From: Planctomycetota bacterium
Lineage (GTDB): Bacteria > Planctomycetota > UBA1135
Assembly (NCBI GenBank): GCA_045047305.1
Contig: JASFYO010000082.1
Span: 1 to 64,000, forward strand
Direction of reading: 5' to 3'
Length of the DNA: 64,000 nucleotides
This document shows, piece after piece, positions 47,790-57,885 of this stretch; the first letter of the stretch is position 1, and every line of letters begins with the position of its first letter. Made by a program: the position numbers and the translations under genes. The notes beneath the pieces are model-generated. The model did no database searches, was not told where the DNA came from, and worked only from the letters and a program-made list of their open reading frames with translations.

Positions 47790-49973
47790 TTAGAACAATT
47801 TCTTATTCTCTTGCGCCATCGAACGGAGCCAGGCACAAGGTGCGAATTTAGCTCCACCACCGGGGCGACCCATGATGTCGGGGCAAGCCGCAATAGCTTC
47901 AAGGCGTTGCACGATGGAACTCCAGCCTTCCGCTTCGGCGTAATGCAGAAGCCCACCCCTGAATGGCGCGAAGCCCATGCCGAATACCGTAGCCAGGTCG
48001 AGGTCCTTTGCGGTCGCAGTAACTTCTTCCTCCATGCAGCGCGCAGCTTCATTGACCATGCTCAGAATGAGACGGTCGACGATGGATTCGTCGCTCAGGG
48101 ACCGTGCAGAATCTTCCTGTTGGTAGGAAGCGAGGTCGGAGGAGAGTTCGGGCTTATTTTTACGGCCCTTCGGATGACGATAAAAGCCCCACCCAGTTTT
48201 GGCACCGAGGCGCTTGTCGGTCATGAGAGCTTGAATGCCGGCACTTGGCAGCATGCGTTCTCCATAGGCTTCGCTGAGAGATTGCGCCGCGTGGGTGGCG
48301 ATATCGAGCCCCACCTCATCGAGTAAGCGGAGCGGGCCCATCGGCATGCCAAAGTCGAGCATGAGTCGGTCGAGTCGGTCGGCATCGGCTCCAGCAAGGA
48401 ACAGACGGATGGCTTCATCAAGGTAGGGGCCAAGCAGGCGATTGACCAAGAAACCGGCGACATCTTTCACTACGACTGGAGTCTTGCCCATGCGTGTAGC
48501 AAGCGCAGCGATTTCTATCGCAGTCTCTTCACTCGTGAGTTCGCCCTTGACCACCTCGACTAAAGGCATCTTGCGCACCGGATTAAAGAAGTGCATGCCG
48601 ACGACCCGTTCTGGGTTCGGAATGTCCTTCGCCATTTCGGTGACGGAGAGGGAGCTGGTGTTAGTCGCGAGTAAGCAGTTCGATGGCACGATTTTGGCAA
48701 GCTCTGCGAAGACGGCTTTTTTTACCGCCATTTTTTCTGCTACCGCTTCCAGCACGATGTCCGCTTGCCCCAGACCATCCATTTGCTCGGATGCCGTCAG
48801 TCGATCAATCGCAGCATCGGCCAGATGCGGCTTCATCCGCCGGCGCTGTTTCTTTTTGCCGATGTAGGCCGCATGATCGAGTAGCGCGACATCGAGCGCA
48901 TCTCGCGAGAGATCGATGAGGCGCATATCCAGGCCTTTCTCCGCCATCGATCCCGCAATCGCACCACCCATGGTGCCACCGCCAATCACGCCACCGCGCT
49001 TCATCTTGCGGGGACGAAATTCCTTGGTGCCGCGCGCATATTTTTTCGCCGCCTCCGATGCAAAGAAGATGCCGACAAGGCTTTTGCATACGGGGCCAAC
49101 GGAAAGATCGGCGACTGCTTTGGCCTCGCGCTCTACCATTTGTTCTTGGTTGGCGCTAAAGGATTCCAGGACCAGGTTCATCGCAACCAATGGTGCCGGG
49201 TAGAAGCCATGAGTTTTAGACTCCACCTGCTTGCGTACCTTGCTGCCGATGATTCCGGTTGCGATTGGATTTCTGTCGACCATCCACCGCGCCATGCCCC
49301 GCTTGCGTGTTTTCACCGGCAAACGACCCATCGCGATTTCGATGGCTTTTTCGCGCAACTGCCCAGGATAGGTTAGGCGGTCAACCATGCCGCGCTTCCA
49401 TGCGGTGCGGGCTGGGAAAAGCCGTCCACTAAGGATTGCATCAAGAGCGCCGGGGGTGCCGATGCGTCTGGGCAAGCGGTGCGAACCACCCCAGCCAGGA
49501 ATGATGCCCAACTGCGTTTCGGGGAGGCCTATTCGCGTTTTGGGGTCGTCGGCTGCGATGATGTAATCACAGGACAGAGAAAGTTCATACGCGCCGCCAG
49601 GGCATGCCCCGCCAACCGCAGCAACCGTGGTTGCTTTTAAGCCTTCAATGCGATGAAAGATGCTGTGTACAAAGCGCACAATGTTTAAGGCATCTTCACG
49701 CTCAGTGATTTTAGAGATCCCGGTGACGTCGGCCCCTGCTGCGAACTGCAGAGGCTCGCGACCGGCGAACACAATGCCGCGCAAATCACGCTCTTGCTGT
49801 AGCTCCTGCACCACGTTGTCTAGGTCGGTGAGTAGGGGAGCATCGAGCACGGCAAGGCTGCGGTGCGGTGGATCGAGAATCACCACGGCAAGGCCGGGCT
49901 CCGGACGTTCGACGCGAATGCATGCGCCGGGTTCTGGACAGTTCTCGGGAATGGGGAAGCCTTTCATTTCCAT
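47790..49973 (-). CDS. fadJ: Fatty acid oxidation multifunctional alpha subunit (enoyl-CoA hydratase / 3-hydroxyacyl-CoA dehydrogenase)
   Basis: FAAGAD, GGAYEL, GLPETQLG, GGGTMG, ATNTSSL, GMHFFNPV, GFLVNR, PMGP, PFRGG. Confidence 0.88.
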   Translation of the reverse strand: MEMKGFPIPENCPEPGACIRVERPEPGLAVVILDPPHRSLAVLDAPLLTDLDNVVQELQQERDLRGIVFAGREPLQFAAGADVTGISKITEREDALNIVRFVHSIFHRIEGLKATTVAAVGGACPGGAYELSLSCDYIIAADDPKTRIGLPETQLGIIPGWGGSHRLPRRIGTPGALDAILSGRLFPARTAWKRGMVDRLTYPGQLREKAIEIAMGRLPVKTRKRGMARWMVDRNPIATGIIGSKVRKQVESKTHGFYPAPLVAMNLVLESFSANQEQMVEREAKAVADLSVGPVCKSLVGIFFASEAAKKYARGTKEFRPRKMKRGGVIGGGTMGGAIAGSMAEKGLDMRLIDLSRDALDVALLDHAAYIGKKKQRRRMKPHLADAAIDRLTASEQMDGLGQADIVLEAVAEKMAVKKAVFAELAKIVPSNCLLATNTSSLSVTEMAKDIPNPERVVGMHFFNPVRKMPLVEVVKGELTSEETAIEIAALATRMGKTPVVVKDVAGFLVNRLLGPYLDEAIRLFLAGADADRLDRLMLDFGMPMGPLRLLDEVGLDIATHAAQSLSEAYGERMLPSAGIQALMTDKRLGAKTGWGFYRHPKGRKNKPELSSDLASYQQEDSARSLSDESIVDRLILSMVNEAARCMEEEVTATAKDLDLATVFGMGFAPFRGGLLHYAEAEGWSSIVQRLEAIAACPDIMGRPGGGAKFAPCAWLRSMAQENKKLF

Positions 49974-49980
49974 GGTTCGA

Positions 49981-51303
49981 TTAGGCGAGGCGTTCGAGGA
50001 TTACAGCACCACCTTGTCCACCACCAATGCATAGCGTGGCGAGACCAAGTTCCTTATCGGAGGCTTGAAGTTCGTGGGCGAGGGTCAGCAGCAAGCGCGT
50101 ACCAGTCATGCCAACCGGGTGACCAAGGGCGATAGCACCGCCGTTGATGTTGAGGATTGCGGGGTCGACTTCGCCGAGCGCCTTATCGCGGTTAAGGTGC
50201 TCTTTTGCATAAGCATCGGAGGCGAAAGCTTTGTTGCAACCGAGCACTTGTGCGGCGAAGGCCTCATTGATTTCGAGGACTCCCATATCGGAAAGGTTGG
50301 CGCCGGCGGCGTCGAGGGCGAGAGCGGTGGAGAACACCGGGCCCATGCCCATACGTTTTGGATCGAGACCAGCCCAGGCGAAACTCCGAATTGCAGCCAT
50401 CGGTTTGAGGCCGAGTTCGGCAGCACGTTTTTCGGTAGTGAGGATAAGGCCGGCGGCGGCGTCGGTGATGCCACAAGCGTTGCCGACGGTCACGATGCCA
50501 TCGGGCTTCTCAAAGTAAGGTTTGAGTTTGGCGAGGCCTTTCATATCGAGGTCGTCGCGAATGCCATCGTCGGTGCGGACCGAGGAAGAGCCTTTGCGTG
50601 CACCGAGTGGCATCACTGGAAGGATTTCACGATCAAAGCGTCCGCGTTCGCGGGCATCGCGGGCACGCCGGTGGGATTGCAGGGCGTAGGTATCGCATTG
50701 TTCACGGCTGAGGCCGAAATCACGCGCGATGAGCTCTGCGGTTTTGCCCATGATCATGCCGGTGGTGGGGTCAGTGAGGCCTTCCATGAGCGCAATCCGC
50801 GGCTTTAGGAAGGAAGGGCGGAAACGGGCCATGGTCTTGATGCGTTTGCCGGCAGAACGCGCTTTCATCAAGTCGGCAAAAAGGTTTGTCATCTTTTCGC
50901 CGAAGATTAGGGGATAGGAACTCATTACCTCAACCCCGAGGCAGAGATAAGTATCTCCCACTCCAGCCAGAATGTTGGTGGCCGCCGAGGTCACCGCCTC
51001 GATTCCGCTGGCGCAGTTGCGGGCAACCGTGTGCGCCGGGACCTGTTGTGGTACGCCGGCGCGAAGAGCAATCACGCGGGAAACGTTGGCCTGGTCAAAG
51101 GGCGGACCGATGCAGCCAGTAATTACCTCATCGAGCTCAGCAGGGTCCAGGTTGGCTCGAATCAGCATTTCGCGCGCGATGAGAGCACCCAGGTGCCCAG
51201 CATCTTCACGCTGGAAAGTACCCCCGGCTTTAGCCATGGGTGTGCGCAAGCCCGCGGCCAGAACCAGGCGCGGTTTTCCATCGGAGGCAGAGTAGGAAAG
51301 CAT
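49981..51303 (-). CDS. fadI: Acetyl-CoA C-acyltransferase (3-ketoacyl-CoA thiolase)
   Basis: RNCASG, NEAFA, GGAIALGHPVG, LCIGGGQG; start taken at MLSYS. Confidence 0.85.
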   Translation of the reverse strand: MLSYSASDGKPRLVLAAGLRTPMAKAGGTFQREDAGHLGALIAREMLIRANLDPAELDEVITGCIGPPFDQANVSRVIALRAGVPQQVPAHTVARNCASGIEAVTSAATNILAGVGDTYLCLGVEVMSSYPLIFGEKMTNLFADLMKARSAGKRIKTMARFRPSFLKPRIALMEGLTDPTTGMIMGKTAELIARDFGLSREQCDTYALQSHRRARDARERGRFDREILPVMPLGARKGSSSVRTDDGIRDDLDMKGLAKLKPYFEKPDGIVTVGNACGITDAAAGLILTTEKRAAELGLKPMAAIRSFAWAGLDPKRMGMGPVFSTALALDAAGANLSDMGVLEINEAFAAQVLGCNKAFASDAYAKEHLNRDKALGEVDPAILNINGGAIALGHPVGMTGTRLLLTLAHELQASDKELGLATLCIGGGQGGAVILERLA

Positions 51304-51318
51304 CTTCTTGTATTTTCG

Positions 51319-51347
51319 GTTAACGATGTTAACTTTACACTGTAAAC
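51319..51347. promoter_or_regulatory. Tandem palindromic operator candidates (TTwAC-N3-GTwAA x2)
   Basis: GTTAACgatGTTAAC directly followed by TTTACactGTAAA in the 69-nt divergent thiolase/TetR gap. Confidence 0.65.
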
Positions 51348-51372
51348 CTTGGAGAATCCACAACGAAATCCA

Positions 51373-51960
51373 ATGGCTCGAAACGGCGACCTCCGACAAC
51401 AAATCCTAGAACAAGCCCGCAGTTTGCTGCTTGCTGAGGGTTATGCGCAGGTTTCGATGCGCAAGATTGCAAATGCTGTAGGTTGTACGCCTACAAGCAT
51501 TTACCTCTATTTCGATAGCAAGGATTCACTTTTTCACTCGTTGATTGAAGAGGGCATGACCCGGCTGCACGAGCAGCTTGAGACGGTGGTTTCGCTGTTC
51601 TCCGACCCCGAAGACCAATTTCGTCGTCTATGCCGCGGATATTTGGAGTTTGGGCTCGAAAACCCCGAGTTTTACGAGATTATGTTCTTGCTCCACCCCG
51701 AACAGATGATGCGTTATCCCACCGAGAAGTACCGTAAGGCGCGCCGCAATCTGCAGATTTTTGCCGACGCGATTGCTGGCACGCGCCGTGACGACCCTGA
51801 GTTCGATCCCATTCTTAGTGCCACGGTAGTTTGGAGTTTGCTCCACGGCGCCATTTCCTTGCATCTTGCAAAACGAGTCGACATCAGTCTTTCGACTCCA
51901 GCATTCATCGAGCAGGTCGTGAACCACTCGGTGCAAATGCTTCAGCCTTACCGATCATGA
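51373..51960 (+). CDS. TetR/AcrR family regulator
   Basis: VSMRKIANAVGCTPTSIYLYFDSKDSL HTH; C-terminal WSLLHG. Confidence 0.9.
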   Translation: MARNGDLRQQILEQARSLLLAEGYAQVSMRKIANAVGCTPTSIYLYFDSKDSLFHSLIEEGMTRLHEQLETVVSLFSDPEDQFRRLCRGYLEFGLENPEFYEIMFLLHPEQMMRYPTEKYRKARRNLQIFADAIAGTRRDDPEFDPILSATVVWSLLHGAISLHLAKRVDISLSTPAFIEQVVNHSVQMLQPYRS

Positions 51961-54374
51961 TTTCTCTTCTACTCCTGTTTGTTGGCTTTATTGCACTTGG
52001 TTTCTTTGCCGTGCCGCTGCTCGGTTGGACGCTTTGGTGTGCCATATTCTTGTTTTGGTGGGGAGCGCCCACCTGGCTGCTTATCACGCTTGCCGTGCCT
52101 GCCGTCATTTTCAACGTGCATGCCTTGCGTGTGCGCTTGGTGAGTACTCCCGTCATGCGCTGGCTGAAGAAAGCCGGCATGCTTCCGGTGATTTCCAAAA
52201 CCGAACGCGAAGCATTGGATGCCGGAACCGTTTGGTTTGAAGGTGAACTGTTTAGCGGCAAGCCTGATTTCGCTCGTTTGCTCAATGAAAGCTATCCTGA
52301 ACTCAGCGATGAAGAGCAAGCCTTCTTAGATGGTCCGTGCGAAGAAGTTTGTCGCCTTACCGATGACTGGTTAGTTTTCCAGAAGCGCGATTTGCCTCCG
52401 CAGGCTTGGAGTTACCTGCGTGAGAATGGTTTCTTTGGCATGATTATTCCAAAGAAGTATGGTGGCCTGGAGTTTTCCGCCACCGCAGTGAGTGCGGTGA
52501 TTAAGAAGCTGAGTTCACGTTCGATTCCGCTTGGCATTACTGCCATGTTGCCAAACTCCCTGGGGCCGGCGGAGTTGTTGTTGCACTATGGAACGGAAGA
52601 GCAAAAGGATCGCTTGTTACCGCGCCTGGCTGCTGGCAAGGAAGTCCCATGTTTTGCATTGACTGAACCTCACGCAGGTTCCGATGCCGGTGGTATCCGT
52701 GCACGCGGTGAAGTCTTCCAAGATGAACAAGGGGAGATCCAAATTCGTTTGGATTTGGAGAAGCGTTACATCACTTTGGCCTCACGCTCTACCCTCTTAG
52801 GAGTTGCGTTCAAGTTGTTTGACCCAGAGAACCTGCTCAAGCGCGGGGTGGAACTCGGCATCTGCTGTGCTCTGGTGCCATCAGATACTCCTGGGTTGGA
52901 GCTTGGGCGGCAGCATGACCCGTTGAATGTACCGTTCTTTAACTGCCCGTTCTCCGGCGAGAATGTAGTGATTGGACTCGATGCCTTGGTTGGCGGGCCC
53001 GACCGCGTCGGACAGGGATGGCGCATGTTGATGGAGCAGCTCGCAGCCGGTCGCGGCATTATGTTGCCGGCACAGGCAACCGCCGGTACGCAGTCGGCAG
53101 CACGGATTACGGGCGCCTACACGGTGGTGCGCAAGCAGTTCGGCATGTCGATTGGTAAGTTCGAGGGCATCGAGGAACCGATGGCCCGTTTGGGCGGCAT
53201 GGCCTATACCTTGGAGGCTGCACGTCGCTTTACCTGTGGAGGTTTAGATAGTGGAGCAAAGCCTGCTGTCGCATCTGCAATCGCCAAGTACCAGTTCACC
53301 GAAACCATGCGTAAGTGCATCAACGATGCGATGGATATATGCGGTGGCGCAGGCATCTCGCGAGGACCACGCAACCTGCTTGCACATGCTTACTTCGCCG
53401 CACCGATTTCCATCACTGTGGAGGGTGCCAACATCCTCACCCGTACCTTGATGATTTTCGGCCAAGGCGCGATTCGGTGCCATCCATTTGCAGAGAATGA
53501 AATTTCGGCTTTGGAGAAAGGAGACGTCAAAGGCTTCGACTACGCTTTCTTTGGCCACATCGGACATGTTGCGCGCAACTTTTCACGCTCCATCGTTTTG
53601 TCACTCACCCGTGGCCATGCCGAGGCCGTCCATGTGGAGGGCGTCATGCGGCGTGACTTCCAGAAAGTCTCCTGGGCTTCCGCACGGTTTGCGATTCTGG
53701 CCGACGTAGCGATGGGTAGCCTTGGCGGTGACCTAAAACGCAAGGAAGCCCTCACCGGGCGCTTCAGCGATGTCTTCTCCTGGATGTACTTAGCCTCTGC
53801 CATCATGCGGCGCTATCAAGAAGAAGGCCGTTCGCGCGAAGATCACGTCCTTTACCGTTGGTCGATGGATTACGCTTTTGGTGAAATCCAGAAAGCCTTT
53901 GATGGCCTCTACCGCAACTTCGATGTCCCCAGTCTCGGTTGGGTTTTCCGCGGTCCACTGGCCTTCTGGTCACGCATGAATCCCATCGGCACCGGCCCTC
54001 GCGATGCCGACGGTCAGCGCATTGCACGCATCATGCAAACTCCTGGAGAGTTGCGCGATCGCCTCACCAGCGGCCTTTATCTGCCGAAGGACCCAGAGGA
54101 AGCCATGGGACGCCTGGAGCAAGCGTTTTTAGCTTGCGTTGCTGCCGAGGAGGTCTTGGCTAAGATCAAGCAAGCGATTCGTTCTAAGAAGTTGCCACGC
54201 CAAAAGCCGATGACGCTTTTGCAAGAAGCACTTGCTGCAGGGGTCATTAGTAGTGAAGAAATCGAGGTTGTCAACCGCGCCGAAGAATTACGCGATGACG
54301 CCATTCAAGTCGATTCCTTCAGCGACGAAGAGTATCGTGCAACCGCTCTCGATGGGGGTTGGGAAATGGGATGA
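51957..54374 (+). CDS. fadE: Acyl-CoA dehydrogenase FadE with DUF1974-like C-terminal domain
   Basis: ISKTEREALDAGTVW, PNSLGPAELL, PCFALTEPHAGSDA, RKQFGMSIGKFEGI, ITVEGANILTR, DAIQVDSF. Confidence 0.93.
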   Translation: MISLLLLFVGFIALGFFAVPLLGWTLWCAIFLFWWGAPTWLLITLAVPAVIFNVHALRVRLVSTPVMRWLKKAGMLPVISKTEREALDAGTVWFEGELFSGKPDFARLLNESYPELSDEEQAFLDGPCEEVCRLTDDWLVFQKRDLPPQAWSYLRENGFFGMIIPKKYGGLEFSATAVSAVIKKLSSRSIPLGITAMLPNSLGPAELLLHYGTEEQKDRLLPRLAAGKEVPCFALTEPHAGSDAGGIRARGEVFQDEQGEIQIRLDLEKRYITLASRSTLLGVAFKLFDPENLLKRGVELGICCALVPSDTPGLELGRQHDPLNVPFFNCPFSGENVVIGLDALVGGPDRVGQGWRMLMEQLAAGRGIMLPAQATAGTQSAARITGAYTVVRKQFGMSIGKFEGIEEPMARLGGMAYTLEAARRFTCGGLDSGAKPAVASAIAKYQFTETMRKCINDAMDICGGAGISRGPRNLLAHAYFAAPISITVEGANILTRTLMIFGQGAIRCHPFAENEISALEKGDVKGFDYAFFGHIGHVARNFSRSIVLSLTRGHAEAVHVEGVMRRDFQKVSWASARFAILADVAMGSLGGDLKRKEALTGRFSDVFSWMYLASAIMRRYQEEGRSREDHVLYRWSMDYAFGEIQKAFDGLYRNFDVPSLGWVFRGPLAFWSRMNPIGTGPRDADGQRIARIMQTPGELRDRLTSGLYLPKDPEEAMGRLEQAFLACVAAEEVLAKIKQAIRSKKLPRQKPMTLLQEALAAGVISSEEIEVVNRAEELRDDAIQVDSFSDEEYRATALDGGWEMG

Positions 54375-55435
54375 TGCCCGTTGCCCAGCACATGGAAACC
54401 CGCAGTTACGCACCCTTTTACCCGCACCCTTTATTGCGCGATCGTCATGTGATGACGATCGCGGGGTCGAAGCTACCGCGCCCTTTGGGCCCCTTTCTCG
54501 AACTAGGCAAAGATTTCTGGTTGGAAGTGGACGACGAAACTTCGGTGCGCATCGAAACGCATTGGCAACTGGACCGATCTGCGCCGGTGATGATATTGGT
54601 ACATGGCTTATCAGGGTCGTCGCGCTCACCTTATATGAGTGGAACCGCACAAAAGGCATTCCTTGCCGGCTGGTCGGTGCTGCGCTTGAATATCCGCAAC
54701 TGCGGAGAAACGGCCGACCGCACTCCGACCCTTTACAACGCGGCCCTGACGGAAGATTTGCAAGCAACCGTGGATTGGGTCATCAAAACCCACCCACTTT
54801 GTCCGCTTGCGATTGCAGGTTTTTCCTTAGGCGGATCGATTGCGATACACACCATCGCGAAGTGGGGGGAGCATCCTCCGGAAAACGTGCTTGGTCTGTG
54901 CACGGTTTCCACTCCGCTGAACCTGGTCAGTACTTCGCGGCAACTACATACCGGATTTATGAACCGTTTCTACATGAAGCTCTTTTTAGATGGATTCGTG
55001 AAGTCCATGCGCCGGAAATCGGAGCAATATCCCGAGCTTTATCCGCACGATGCATCGACTGGTTATAAGGATTTCTACACCTTTGATGACCAGTGGACCG
55101 CGCCAGCATTTGGCTTTGATGGTGCCGACGACTATTACAACAAGGCAAGCGCCTATCGCGTGTTGGATCAAATCCATGTGCCAGGCCTGATCATTCATTC
55201 CGAAGATGACCCGTTGGTTCCTTACAATGATTTATCCTTGCAAGCGGTAGAGCGGAATCCGCGTCTACGCTTATTGATGACCAAATATGGTGGCCATAAT
55301 GGATTCTTTGGCGCCGAAGCGTCGGAGTCAGATGATTGGAAGGACAGCGATCGCTGGTGGTCGGAAAACCGAGTGGTGGAATACTTCACCGGCTTATTAG
55401 AGGCGCGCGGCGTAGTTTTACCGCGCGCCTCCTAG
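54371..55435 (+). CDS. YheT-family alpha/beta hydrolase
   Basis: HGLSGSS, RNCG, GFSLGG, DDP, GGHNGF; ATGA-coupled to fadE. Confidence 0.87.
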   Translation: MMPVAQHMETRSYAPFYPHPLLRDRHVMTIAGSKLPRPLGPFLELGKDFWLEVDDETSVRIETHWQLDRSAPVMILVHGLSGSSRSPYMSGTAQKAFLAGWSVLRLNIRNCGETADRTPTLYNAALTEDLQATVDWVIKTHPLCPLAIAGFSLGGSIAIHTIAKWGEHPPENVLGLCTVSTPLNLVSTSRQLHTGFMNRFYMKLFLDGFVKSMRRKSEQYPELYPHDASTGYKDFYTFDDQWTAPAFGFDGADDYYNKASAYRVLDQIHVPGLIIHSEDDPLVPYNDLSLQAVERNPRLRLLMTKYGGHNGFFGAEASESDDWKDSDRWWSENRVVEYFTGLLEARGVVLPRAS

Positions 55436-55442
55436 CTTTGAA

Positions 55443-57464
55443 TTACCAGATCTCGGCGCGATCCGATGCTGCTCGCACCATCGGCGCAGAGGCGTCTAGG
55501 TGGAATGCTTCGGCAAAGGCCGGGAAGTTTCCCAGCGGCCCATTTGCGCGGAAGTGACCAGGCGCGTGCGGGTCGGTGTTGATCTGCAACTTCATTGCCG
55601 CAGGTCGCGTGTTCCCACGCCATGAGCGCACATAAGCGGTGAAGAAATCCTGGTCGGAATTCCCTTTCACCGAGTTCAGGCTTTCACGCGTTTTGAATGC
55701 CAAGTAGGCCATTTGCACACCGCCCAGGTCGGCAATGTTTTCTCCCAAGGTGAGCGAGCCATTGACATGTAAATCATCGACCGCAACGTAGGCATCGAAT
55801 TGCTTCACTAGGATTGCAGTGCGGCGGTCGAATTCTTCGCGGTCAGCCGCGGTCCACCAGTTAGAGAGGTTGCCGTCGGCATCGAATTGGCTTCCCATGT
55901 CATCGAAACCGTGGGTGATTTCATGGCCGATGATGGCACCCATGGAGCCATAGTTCTCAGCTAGGGACTGGTCGAGACTAAAGAATGGGGGTTGCAGAAT
56001 GGCTGCAGGGAAAACGATTTCGTTCGCCAGAGGATTGTAGTAAGCATTGACCGTTTGCGGCGACATGCCCCATTCCGCTTTATCGACAGGCTTGCCAATC
56101 TTGGCCAGTTCGAAGCGATTATTGAAATTGCTAGCGGCGAACATGTTTCCGATCCAAGAACCCTGGTTCATCTCTAGAGAGGTGTAATCACGCCACACAT
56201 CGGGATAGCCAATTTTCACCGTAAAGGAATCTAGCTTTTCCACAGCACGTGCTTTGGTTTCCTCGGTCATCCACTCCAAGCTTCCTAAACGGACGCGGAA
56301 AGCGGCGAGCAAATCGTTGACCATGGTAAGTGCCGCACTTTTTGCCTCGGGACTAAAGGCAACCTTGACGAAAGCTTGACCGAGAGCATCGCCCATGGCT
56401 CCGTTCGCGGAACCGAGGACACGCTCCCAACGAGTTTGGTTTTGCTCCGTACCCGACAACTTGCGGCTGTAGAAGTCAAAATCTTCTTCAACTAGAGCTT
56501 GGTTGAGGAAAGGAGCACTCCGTGTGATGAGGTGCCAGCGCAGGTATTCGCGCCAAGTCGCTAGGTCTACTTCGACTAAAAGGGAATTGAGGCGGCTGAA
56601 AAAGTCTGGGCCAATTAAGTTCACCATAGGTTGTTGCTCCAGCCCCATAGATGCCGAATACGTACTCCAATCAAAGTTTGGAGTAATCTCGGTACCAAGG
56701 GTCATCGAAGAAATCTTGTTGGAGAGTACCTGCGGATCGCGGTAATCCAATGCGGCAAGACTCTTTTCGGCCAGCTTCAACTCCAGCGTGAAGACACGCT
56801 CCGCGGCAGCTTTTGCATCTTCTTCAGTCGCGCCTGCAAGCTGCAGCATATTCCCGATATGCGCGACGTATTGCATCCGCAAGGCCACCGAATCATCATC
56901 TTCACGGAAGTAATAATCCTTTTCCGGCAGACCAAGCCCTCCCGGAGACAGGAAGGTGATGGTTTGAGAGCTGTTCTCGAAATCAGCATCCGCGCCGAGG
57001 CCAAACAGGACGTCGACATTGATGAGGTGTAACTCAGCCACGACTTGTGCAAGCGTCTGCGCATCTTCAATGGAGTCAATGCGATTCAAGTACCAGCGAA
57101 TGCTATCCAAGCCGGCCTTTTCAATCGCCTCGGTATCCATGCCACTATTCCACAGCTTGCCCAGTTGGGAAGTGATGTGGTCCGACGAGTTGGAGGCCGC
57201 GCCGGCATCGATCATGATTTGATGCAGCAAAGCCTTATTGCTTTCATTGATTTCATGCGCAACACTCCAGGAACTTTTCGCTGCTGGGATTGGGTTTGCC
57301 GTTTTCCAAGCTTGATTGGTGTAAAGGTAGAAATCTTCACCTGGCTGGAGCTCACTATCATTGGGCGCAGGATGGGTATTGCTTGGTATTGGGTCTGGGG
57401 CCGCCGCGCATGCAATAAGGCCAGTAAAAGCTAAAGGAATGCAGAGTTTCGTGAAGCGATTCAT
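55443..57464 (-). CDS. M13 family metallopeptidase (PepO/neprilysin-like), lipoprotein
   Basis: LIAC lipobox, VKIGYPD, VNAYY, FPAAILQPPFF, HEITH, GENIADLGG, DPHAPG. Confidence 0.93.
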   Translation of the reverse strand: MNRFTKLCIPLAFTGLIACAAAPDPIPSNTHPAPNDSELQPGEDFYLYTNQAWKTANPIPAAKSSWSVAHEINESNKALLHQIMIDAGAASNSSDHITSQLGKLWNSGMDTEAIEKAGLDSIRWYLNRIDSIEDAQTLAQVVAELHLINVDVLFGLGADADFENSSQTITFLSPGGLGLPEKDYYFREDDDSVALRMQYVAHIGNMLQLAGATEEDAKAAAERVFTLELKLAEKSLAALDYRDPQVLSNKISSMTLGTEITPNFDWSTYSASMGLEQQPMVNLIGPDFFSRLNSLLVEVDLATWREYLRWHLITRSAPFLNQALVEEDFDFYSRKLSGTEQNQTRWERVLGSANGAMGDALGQAFVKVAFSPEAKSAALTMVNDLLAAFRVRLGSLEWMTEETKARAVEKLDSFTVKIGYPDVWRDYTSLEMNQGSWIGNMFAASNFNNRFELAKIGKPVDKAEWGMSPQTVNAYYNPLANEIVFPAAILQPPFFSLDQSLAENYGSMGAIIGHEITHGFDDMGSQFDADGNLSNWWTAADREEFDRRTAILVKQFDAYVAVDDLHVNGSLTLGENIADLGGVQMAYLAFKTRESLNSVKGNSDQDFFTAYVRSWRGNTRPAAMKLQINTDPHAPGHFRANGPLGNFPAFAEAFHLDASAPMVRAASDRAEIW

Positions 57465-57885
57465 GGGGGGGAGATTCTAACGATTTTCGAATGAAGAGTG
57501 TTTCAAGAAAGCGGCTCGCCGCGCGCCAAAATTTCCCCCGCGTTTACCATCGGGGTAAATGAAAGAAGCTTGTGGAGGGCGAATCAAGGAGCTGTAGGGA
57601 TTCCCGCAAGATGGAGCAAGGATGCTGGTAACGCCCAGGTCTATGCGGATGAACTCCGGCGACCTCTATCGGAAACCTTCGATCTAAAGTAAGCCTTGCC
57701 CAATGGAAGCCCAGCGGTGCGCACCCGGATTCGCTCTTTCGATACCATGCACAAAGGCATCGAAGTCCTAGTCTTGCCTTTGAGGGGCCGGTCCAGGGGG
57801 GGGAGAGCCCAAAAAGAGCCCGTGGAGCTAAAGCGGCTTGGCGGGTGCACCGATAAGTGAGGGACCCTTCGCCCAAGCCCCTTCT

